Shown here: piece by piece, positions 54,080-64,000 of the stretch
Layout of the letters: every line of letters starts with the position of its first letter
How positions within the stretch are numbered: the first letter of the stretch is position 1
Assembly (NCBI RefSeq): GCF_006345805.1
Contig: NC_042998.1
Span: forward strand, 154,566,001-154,630,000
DNA: 64,000 nt
Source: Octopus sinensis
Taxonomy: Eukaryota
Direction of reading: 5' to 3'
The notes under the pieces: generated by a model
What the model was told of the DNA's origin: nothing
What the model saw: the letters and a program-made list of their open reading frames with translations, nothing else
The model's database searches: none
Position numbers and translations under genes: made by a program

Positions 54080-54176
54080 GTATATGCGTTATATATGTGT
54101 ATATGTATATATATGTGTATATGTATATGTATATGTATATATATGTGTATATGTATATGTATATATGTGTATATGT

Positions 54177-54222
<46 letters not shown>

Positions 54223-54232
54223 GTATATGTAT

Positions 54233-54278
<46 letters not shown>

Positions 54279-54566
54279 GTGTGTATATATATATATATGT
54301 ATATGTATATATATATATGTGTATATATATGTATATATATATAGATATGATATATGTGATATATATATATGTATATATATATATATGTATATATGTATAT
54401 GTATATATGTATATATATATATATATGTATATATGTATATGTATATATATATGTATATATAATATATGTATATATGTATAGTATATATATATGTATAATA
54501 TATATATATATGTGTATATATATATATGTGTATATATAATGGTATATATGTATATTATTATATATG

Positions 54567-54599
<33 letters not shown>

Positions 54600-54634
54600 G
54601 TATATATATATATGTATATATATGTATATATATG

Positions 54635-54681
<47 letters not shown>

Positions 54682-54845
54682 TGTATATGTATATATATAT
54701 GTGTATATGTATATGTATATATATGTGTATATATATGTGTATATGTATATGTATATATATGTGTATATATATGTGTATATGTTATGTATATATATGTGTA
54801 TATATATGGTATATGTATATGTAATATATGTGTATATGTATATGT

Positions 54846-54895
<50 letters not shown>

Positions 54896-54957
54896 GTATA
54901 TGTATATAATATATGTATATATGATATAGTATATATATATATATAATATGTGTGTAT

Positions 54958-54988
<31 letters not shown>

Positions 54989-55018
54989 GTGTATATATGT
55001 ATATACTATATATGTATA

Positions 55019-55071
<53 letters not shown>

Positions 55072-55082
55072 ATGTATATATG

Positions 55083-55113
<31 letters not shown>

Positions 55114-55363
55114 TATATGTATATATGTAATGTATATGTATATAATAGTATATATGTATGTATATATATATTTTTTGTATATGTATATATATATATGTAT
55201 ATATGTATATGTATATATATATGTATATATATTATATATATATGTGTGTATATATATATATATGTGTATATATATATGTATATATATGTATATATATATA
55301 TACGTATATATATATGTATATATATATGTATATATATATATGTATATATATGTATATACATAT
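53870..55363. repeat. (TA)n / (TATG)n microsatellite
   Basis: Direct reading. Confidence 0.97.
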
Positions 55364-56313
55364 TACTCTTTTACTCTTTTACTTGTTTCAGCCATCTGGC
55401 TGAGGCCATGCTGGGGCACCGCCCTTGTTGCTACCCTCTCTGAGTCCAGTTTGCCGTGGCTGGCCACTGATCTAAGAGAGAGTTTGTAGCTGCTGCCCTT
55501 AGGTTACCTTCGTATCTTGCAGTGAGTTCATCTGGGATCCCGGAAAGCAGCTTGTCTAGATGTTTTTTGAAAATGTCCACATCCGCATCATGTAGATCTC
55601 TTAGTTTTCTTGGCAGTTTGTTGAAAAGCTGAGGGGCCCTGAACCCCAGGCTATTACAGTATCTGCTCCTTACCCTGGATGTGGAAGACGGGACCTTTGG
55701 CAACACACAGTGACGTCCTGTACGGGGATTGGAAACAGCTCTCAATTCCAAAATTTGGTGCTAGTCCCTCCAGGATTTTCCATATGTATATCACTGCATA
55801 TCTCTCTCGTCTTCGTTCCAAGGAGTACAAATTGAGTTCCCTAAGCCTCTCCCAATAGTTCTTTTCTTTCATGGTGGAAATCCTCTTGGTGAAATGTCTT
55901 GGGATTTGTCTCAAGCTCTGTGGTTAGTTTGACACTATGCGGTGATCACAGTTGGGAGCAGTAGTCCAGGCGGCTTAGACAAATGTCCTCCATAGTGTCA
56001 ACATGGTCTCGCAGTCTCTTGTCCGGAATGTCCTCAGGATCCAGCCAGTGAGTCGTCTGCACATTGTCGCCACCTTCGCGATGTGTGAAGAAAAAGATGC
56101 ATCGTCACTCATGTCTATCCCCAGGTCCGGTATTGATTTCGATACTGGGATTTCGATCCCTCCTGGACCAGTATAGTTGTGTTGTAATGTATATGTGTTT
56201 ACAGCTTGATATTGTAAGGCTTGAAATTTACCAGCATTAAATTGCATGTTGTTGTCTTCAGCCCATTTGTATATGGCATCCAGATCTTGTTGTAAAAGGT
56301 CAGCATCAGCTGG
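55364..56313 (-). mobile_element. CR1/L2-group LINE 3' fragment with (AAAAGAGT)n tail
   Basis: ORFs 55975..56376, 55654..55914 and 55431..55751 carry RT C-terminal motifs. The tail stem-loop is at 55389-55402. Confidence 0.9.
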
Positions 56314-56319
56314 GTTTTT

Positions 56320-56912
56320 TTTATATATGTATATATATATGTATATATATATATATGTATATATATGTATATACATATATGTTTATATATATGTATATAT
56401 ATATATATCTATATATATTTGTATATATATATATGTATAATGTATTATATATATGTATATATATTTGTAATAGATATATGTAGTATATATATATATATTG
56501 TGTATATATTATATATATATATATTTGTATATATATATGTATATATATATATGTATATATATTTGTATGTATATATATGTATATATATGTATATATATAT
56601 GTATGTATATATATATATATGTATATGTATATATATATTGTATATATATATATGTATATATATGTATGTATATATTTGTATATTATATTATGTATATATA
56701 TATATGTATATATATATGTATATATATATATGATATATATAATTATATATGTATATATATATGTATATATATATATGTATATATGTATATGTATATATGT
56801 ATATATATATATGTATATATCTATATATGTATATATATATATGTACATATATATATGTATATATATATATATGTATATGTATATATACATGTATATATAT
56901 GTATATATACAT
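56320..56912. repeat. (TA)n microsatellite between divergently oriented LINE fragments
   Basis: Direct reading. Confidence 0.95.
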
Positions 56913-57780
56913 ATGGCCCTCTCAGACATGCCCTCAGCCACGCAGAGAGCCACGATCACAAGTTATGCAGATGATACAAAAGTTTCACAGGCAATACAGA
57001 ACCCTGAGGACACTAAACACCTGCAATGTGAGCTAGACAAAATATACAAGTGGGCCGAAAAGAATAGCATGCAGTTCAATGCTGAAAAGTTTCAAGCTCT
57101 ATACTATCAGCATGCAAAACTAAATGCAATACCCAATGAATACACTGGACCCGGAGGAATAGCAATCCTAGAGGCACAATCAGTGCGTGACCTAGGTATT
57201 TACATGAGTGATGACGCGACCTTTCGTGTACATGTTGCTAAATTTGCAATGAAATGTAGACGACTGGCCGGATGGATCCTCAGAACCTTTAGAACAAGAG
57301 AACAAGAAACCATGATGGTCCTCTGGAGGACACTTGTCCTAAGCCACTTTGACTACTGCTCTCAGTTATGGTCACCATCCAGTGTCAAGTTGATCACAGA
57401 GCTCGAGGCGATCCAACGTTGCTACACGAAGAAGATAGCCTCTATGCAGAATGTAAGTTACTGGGAAAGACTCAAGAGATTAAAACTATATTCCCTGGAG
57501 CGTAGGCGGGAAAGATATGCCATAATATACATCTGGAAGATCCTGGAGGGAAGTGTCCTGAACTTTGGCATCGAGAGTTACGCAAATGCCAGAACTGGGC
57601 GCCACTGCGTGGTGCCTAGGACTCCAAACTTGCCATCAAGATGTAGGACAAGATTCTGTGATAGCCTGGGCTTCCGAGGCCCACAGCTCTTCAATATCCT
57701 CCCGAAGAACCTGAGAGACCTGCATCGGGTGGATGCAGATGTCTTTAAAATGAAGCTGGATCTCTTCCTGTCAGATGTCC
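56913..57780 (+). mobile_element. CR1/L2-group LINE RT C-terminal fragment (subfamily A), open frame
   Basis: [25 protein letters not shown]... is nearly identical to 15420-16380. Confidence 0.92.
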
Positions 57781-57871
57781 ATATGGTGTTGCAACCGTGC
57801 GTTGGTGCGGATAATTGAAGTTTAATATAATTAGTGAATGGAAGAAATGGAGTTGAACGAAGATTGTACAG

Positions 57872-57979
57872 AATTCCTTTTATTACATTCTACACATGTT
57901 TCAAAGGCCACAATTTTCCAAATTCTGATTAAATAAGGATACCATATTGCAGCTTTCTCTTCAGGAAAAACCAGGAATT
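57872..57979 (-). ncRNA. Type I hammerhead ribozyme (left-arm copy)
   Basis: Reverse complement of 60056-60163. Confidence 0.72.
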
Positions 57980-58234
57980 ACGTTGTCAGAACAAAACAAA
58001 ACAGAGGCGCAGCAAAGCAATTCGAACGAGGACGCTCCTTAAGAGCCCAAGGGTAAACTGTTTATCAATGTACGTTGAAATCGGGGGGTTGGTGGGGGCC
58101 GACAAAAGGTCCGTTGGAATACTTACAGGTCAGGCCGCGGTCAAATCTAGTAGGTGAGGAATTAATGAGAACAGGGGGTGTGGAGATGTTCTGTGTGACC
58201 AAAACTAATGTTCTGAATATTTAAAGAATACAGG

Positions 58235-59416
58235 GTGTATTTTTTAGGATTTAATTTAGCGAACATAGATAATTTACGGTCCAGGGGAGGTCATACTAAA
58301 CCAAAACCTTTTATTCAAGCTAGAATCACCCACCCTAATGTCAGAGCTGGCTACCCGACCCATCACAAAAATAGGAATAAACATATCTGGTTTGTAATTC
58401 CCTTTGGTAAGCAGATTAGAACTAATCTTCCCCTCCTGTTTCGCCAAGCCATTGCCAGTAACTTCCCCAGAAATTCCAAATATTACTCCACGGTTAATTC
58501 ACATAAAGTTAGGATAGCTTTCTCCAACACAAAACACCTTTCCCAGATAATCGCCTCCCATAATAATAGGCTGCTTATTAAGACCCTACCACCATTGTCC
58601 GGAGGCGCAGCTCCGTCTAATTCCAGTTTAACGCGCAGTAGGAATAATAATAGTAGTAATAATGATAAAAGAGCCAGTACAGTGACTGGTAATCTCAGTA
58701 CCAACCAGGGAGTAAATAATAGGATTAGCGATAGAAGAAATGGTGATGCTAATAACGTTAGTAATGGTAATAGGGAGGTGAGCTCAGTTCGGGTCATTAA
58801 TGTAGAGAGTCCTAATAGCAACTTTAGCATCGTTTCCGGCAATAGCAGGTCCACGGATACTAGCAATTACAGCATTCTCACTGATAGGGAATACACAGGG
58901 GATAGTCCGTTAATTAATAGTGATAATGAGGAGTATAATGTAGTAGGCGGCCGCAGTTTTCACAGTCAATATAGTAACAGAAACGCAGTATTAATATCAG
59001 AAGCTAATCCCAATAGAATAAGGTTCTTGTCTAGTAACTCCAAGATCAGAAATGCCATTTACCAATGCAATGTTTACACGGATTCAGATGTCTACTCGTA
59101 TGTCGGGGCCTCATCGTCAAAATTGGTCTTGAGAATATCGAACCATTTCGCAACTTTTCGCGACGTTAATAAATACCAAGCTACAGGACTTAGCAAACTT
59201 ATCTGGCGTTTGAAGAACGCGAATTCAATTTTTAGGCTGGAATGGTCGATTTTGTCGGTGGCCCTCCCGTTCGATAGGGGCAGAAGGAGGTGTAATCTTT
59301 GTAACTCTGAGCTTTTCCACATATTGTTCGCCAGAGGCCGTTTGGTAAACGGGCTTTTACAGACGGCTTTTCAATATCCCCATTGGCGGCGTCTTACTTA
59401 TCTTACATATAAATGA
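58235..59416 (+). CDS. PLE C-terminal region with GIY-YIG endonuclease (5'-truncated frame: GTG start, no internal Met)
   Basis: IWFVIPFG...FP...VRIAFSNTKHLSQIIASHN linker; AIYQCNV...YVG...LRISNH; T-x-LSKLIWRLK; EWSIL; CNLCNSE. These match the Neptune/Nematis-type PLE endonuclease pattern from memory. Confidence 0.85.
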   Translation: MYFLGFNLANIDNLRSRGGHTKPKPFIQARITHPNVRAGYPTHHKNRNKHIWFVIPFGKQIRTNLPLLFRQAIASNFPRNSKYYSTVNSHKVRIAFSNTKHLSQIIASHNNRLLIKTLPPLSGGAAPSNSSLTRSRNNNSSNNDKRASTVTGNLSTNQGVNNRISDRRNGDANNVSNGNREVSSVRVINVESPNSNFSIVSGNSRSTDTSNYSILTDREYTGDSPLINSDNEEYNVVGGRSFHSQYSNRNAVLISEANPNRIRFLSSNSKIRNAIYQCNVYTDSDVYSYVGASSSKLVLRISNHFATFRDVNKYQATGLSKLIWRLKNANSIFRLEWSILSVALPFDRGRRRCNLCNSELFHILFARGRLVNGLLQTAFQYPHWRRLTYLTYK

Positions 59417-60055
59417 TACCTAAGACAATTAACACCTTGTTACCCTATTAAAATGAAAATAATTTTTGGAAATAATTTTTGCAAAAACTTTTTTAAAAAA
59501 ATCTATGAATAACTCTAGCAAGGGGAAATTACTCCCCTTAGGCGATTGGTCGGTTTTTTGGTTTTTTTTAGAAGCAAACGCTGGAATTATATACCCTTAT
59601 GATTCTTTGACGATGTTAATTTTTAGACAAGCAGGCCACAGACGAACACACGAACACAGAATTTTTTCAGCCGCCTGACAGGCTTTTTTCAGCAGTGCTC
59701 ATTATCTAGCGCCCCTCGCCAACATACGGGGGCGCACACATAGGCCAGTATACACATACATGCTTTTAGGTAGGTTTTGTCTCGCTCCTAAAAAATACAC
59801 CCTGTATTCTTTAAATATTCAGCACATTAGTTTTGGTCACACAGAACATCTCCACACCCCCTGTTCTCATTAATTCCTCACCTACTAGATTTGACCGCGG
59901 CCTGACCTGTAAGTATTCCAACGGACCTTTTGTCGGCCCCCACCAACCCCCCGATTTCAACGTACATTGATAAACAGTTTACCCATGGGCTCTTAAGGAG
60001 CGTCCTAGTTCGAATTGCTTTGCTGTGCCTCTGTTTTGTTTTGTTCTGACAACGT

Positions 60056-60163
60056 AATTCCTGGTTTTTCCTGAAGAGAAAGCTGCAATATGGTATCCTT
60101 ATTTAATCAGAATTTGGAAAATTGTGGCCTTTGAAACATGTGTAGAATGTAATAAAAGGAATT
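60056..60163 (+). ncRNA. Type I hammerhead ribozyme (right-arm copy, sense to the ORF)
   Basis: CUGAAGA at 60071-60077; 12-bp stem II GAAAGCUGCAAU/AUUGUGGCCUUU (one A.C mismatch); GAAA at 60133-60136; short stem III ACA-UG-UGU; predicted cut after A60144; stem I UUC/GAA plus distal AAUUCCU/AGGAAUU. Confidence 0.72.
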
Positions 60164-60204
60164 CTGTACAATCTTCGTTCAACTCCATTTCTTCCATTCA
60201 CTAA

Positions 60205-60760
<556 letters not shown>

Positions 60761-62236
60761 TATTTATATATGTACGTAAATATGTAAACACACCCAAGTC
60801 AGTACATGTATAAATTATTGATAATTTAATTTTCTACAAGAAATGACTTTTATAATTTTAATTAGTCAAATATGGCATTTGTCATTACAATTACACCTAG
60901 GAATCCATAGTTGTATATATTATTGCATAATATAGCAATATTCATGAGACTGAATTCAGATGAAACAATTGCACATAAACAATTTGGGAGTGCATGCACC
61001 ATATTCTGGAGCCATCTTAAGGCCATAGAGGAAGCTGTTATCTCTGAGACATAATCTAGTTGGTATTTTTTGATTTTTCTGAGATACTTTTATTTTTGGA
61101 TGGAATATTGTTTTGTTTTCCTTTTATGCAAACTGTCAAATTTTCTCCCAAATCCCTGTTTATGTATTTGTTGTGCATTCCATGTTAATAGTAAGCTTTT
61201 CATTGTAACTTATGTACTATAACTTATGCAACTTTCCACATGAATAATGAAATTGTGTCTTAAATTTAGTTTCCTTTGGAAAGCTTTCTCTTCTGCTATA
61301 AACATCTATCCAGTTATGCATAAATTTTTCTGTTATATTGTAGCATGTGTGCTCTCTAACTTGATATACTTTCCCCCTCTCAATGTTTTTGAAATCTCGT
61401 GTGTTTCTGACTTACATTTTCAGTAAAAAAAAGTTTGAAATCTATCCTCACACTGTCTATTTAGAATAGTTCTTATACAACGTATTTACAATCTACTTCA
61501 TCTACTTTCTGTTGCCACCCCATTTATTCAAGCATAGATATTGATTTAGTATTAACACAATCATTTGCAACTCTTTGTGATGATGGCATCATGAAATGGT
61601 AAAAATGCAGTTAAATAGAAGAAAAGAGCAGGATTGTATCCCTGAAACACTTGGCTGTAGTAAAAGAAGTGCGGTGGCTTAGCATTGTCACTAGTTTCAC
61701 TCTGGTGGAATTAATGGGAGCATATTTAAAACATGCTGGACCATGGGAGTTGCCAGGCTATGAGATGTTCTAGCCTGTGCTTATACATTTGTTTCATGTC
61801 TCATTTATAGTTACCTGTTCATACTGTAGATTTTTATGGAATTTTTGAAGAGAAAATATTGAATAAATTATTTTCTCATACCATCTTTTTATTTTTATGC
61901 ATCTTTAATTGCCTCTTTATTTCTGAACTGAAATACATAATGTAGATATGGTTATATATTTAGTGAAGTGTTTACCAAGTATATAACTATATTTATGTTA
62001 TGTATTCTCTGCTTGTTTAGAGTAAAGCACCAAAAGCTTGCTAGTAACCTCCTAGTTTTGAAATATAATTCATCAGTTTCAAACTAAAATCTTTAAGAAT
62101 TAGAAATAAAATATTTATTGGAAATTATATTATGGTCTTATAAATGATTTATAATGAATTGCTGTCTTTATGAAAATGTCAAGAGAATTCCACTGTATAT
62201 TTTTTGCTTCCTTTTGCAGCAGTTGCAGTAGCCATC

Positions 62237-62349
62237 ATGCCTAAAAGCCGGCAGATGACTATCGTATGCATAATTAACCTAGAGCCAAGCAGTTCTTCAA
62301 CCACTATCAAGAATAGGGCATTCACTGACATTGAGAAAGCATGTCAACG
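62237..62349 (+). CDS. Probable first coding exon of an ASK1/MAP3K5-MAP3K15-like kinase gene (exon about 62220-62349)
   Basis: Polypyrimidine tract plus CAG acceptor (AG at 62218-62219), gccatcATG context, an open frame MPKSRQMTIVCIINLEPSSSSTTIKNRAFTDIEKACQ(R), and donor CG|gtaaat in phase 2. It resembles, from memory, invertebrate ASK1 N-termini (M-x-[IV]-V-C-V-I-D...R-A-[LF]-x-E-I-x-x-A-C). No search was run. Confidence 0.55.
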
Positions 62350-63738
62350 GTAAATTTATGCTTTTTTTTTCTCTGTGTTTATGTACAATGTTCTGCACAA
62401 GTTATTGTTGTCATTATATCACATCAGGTTAGCCATGACTGAACAGACTTGTGATAGATTGGTAGCCAATGGAGTAACAAAGTGAGTCACATCTGTTTTA
62501 TACATTGCTTCTATCTAGCTAGTAATCATACTACACACTAAACATTCTGCTGGTGGCCACAACAGAGGCTGTCATGATGTATTCCATCAGAGCACAGCAG
62601 TTGTTCTGCATTTAGTATTTGTGATTTGCATTCCAGCACAGCATCTAAGGCTAGCAAGATTGTTGATGATGTTGCTCTTTCTATGCACATATTATTTCTT
62701 TTTTATGTTTTGTAATGGGTTGAATGGGAGAGTTAGTATTTTTAGGATGCTGTTGTACTGGTATTTTGGAATGTTTGGGTGTGTGAAGCTGATTTTTCAT
62801 GAAGAGGCTGGAACTGTGAGGTTTGAAGTTTGTTGTGGCAACACTGCTCTTTGCATGTTCAGGTAGGCTTTCATTTTTAGTATTTTTTTGTTTCAAAGGT
62901 TGTCTGTGGGTATGGTCTGTGTGAAGCTCATGTTAGTGTTGTGGTTACTTGTGAAGATGAGTGCACTAAATATGTGTGTGTTGTTTCATTTTCTTTAGTA
63001 AATCTCCATTGCATGCTGTGGATGTTGAGAAAGTTTATGTCTCTGCTAGTATGTTGCCTTATATGTGAAATATATTTATATTGTTGAGTGTGATGATTGG
63101 TTGTACTTGAATTTCTCTAGTGTTGCTTATTAGAAGAGAGAGTTAGCTTTCTGAATAGTAAGCCCCTATCTTGCACTTAAAATTAGGCTGTTTCCAGTTA
63201 GCTACATATGAAACACAAAAATAATATAAACTAAAGAGGAATGAAGCTAGTATGCTCCATTGAATGTGCATTGCTGGTATGGATGTAGGACACAGTGCTA
63301 AGGTATTAAGAGAAAAATTAGGTATAAGAAGAATCAGATGGTTTGGCCGTGTGATGTGCATGGATGAGGATAGCTGCATAAAGAAGTGCTGGTTGCTTAA
63401 AATGGATGTAATCGCTTGAGTGCAGTACTAGTGCATATTATTCTTTCCCCTTTCTTTGCACCACCTGTGCCTTCAGTTATGTCTCTCCTCTGCTGTACTT
63501 CATTTAATACTTCACATATCTTCTTTCACTCTCAGCAGCTTGCCATATATGTCCTCATGTTCTGTCATTATAGCTACCCTTATGTACCTCTATACCCTCT
63601 TGCTCATCATCTCCTTACATTCTGATCTATTCTTCCTGAGCTACCTCTATCTCTCTCCTTACCTGCTCTCCATATTGATATTTCCTATCAACAAACCAGT
63701 TCAAAGATGGCTTTTATTCAAACTTTATTTCTGCTCGC

Positions 63739-64000
63739 CATCATCATCATCATCATTTAGCGTCCGCTTTCCATGCTAGCATGGGTTGGATGGTTCAACT
63801 GGGGTCTGTGAAGCCAGAAGGCTGCATCAGGCCCAGTCTGATCTGGCAGTGTTTCTACGGCTGGATGCCCTTCCTAACGCCAACCACTCCGTGAGTGTAG
63901 TGGGTGCTTTTTACGTGCCACCCGCACAGGTGCCAGACGGAGCTGGCAAAGGGCCACGAACGGATGGTGCTTTTACGTGGCACCGGCACGGGGGCCAGGG
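63739..64000 (-). mobile_element. RTE 3' UTR with (GAT)n tail, running off the window end
   Basis: Same diagnostic sequence as 14760 and 21548. Confidence 0.82.

Noticed and set aside
55364-57780. Divergent LINE fragments as a twin-priming inversion of one element
   Set aside because: The two pieces cover overlapping RT regions and belong to different subfamilies.
58483-58866. 127-aa Leu-rich antisense ORF inside the GIY-YIG ORF
   Set aside because: It is the mirror of the Asn/Ser-rich (AAT/AGT) linker and has no independent support.

Overview
Repeat-saturated, AT-rich eukaryotic DNA. The repeat families and (TA)n/(CA)n load suggest a cephalopod such as Octopus; this is an inference. Most of the window is nested mobile DNA: CR1/L2-group LINEs (one near full-length on +, one near-intact ORF2 on -, several fragments), RTE-clade LINEs whose 3' UTR contains a tandem repeat and ends in (GAT)n, a decayed L1/Tx1-type LINE, a complete but inactivated mariner with 37-bp TIRs, two canonical non-autonomous Helitrons, tRNA-type SINEs, MITEs and multi-kb microsatellites, plus one 100-N gap. 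The only host-gene signal is a short first coding exon at 62220-62349 that resembles the N-terminus of ASK1/MAP3K5-MAP3K15. The most notable theme is at least eight type I hammerhead-ribozyme (HHR) motifs, folded by eye, in Penelope-like (PLE) sequences, several associated with inverted repeats. These include a 2.4-kb element with 425-bp near-perfect inverted repeats, an HHR in each arm and an RT-less 393-codon GIY-YIG ORF; a 283-bp TIR-HHR-TIR mini-element; and a ~290-bp-arm fold-back whose apex falls at a broken HHR. Other highlights are a covarying 3' stem-loop shared by a SINE and three LINE copies, and a conserved hairpin with a U-run at the LINE ORF1/ORF2 overlap. No database searches or folding programs were run.
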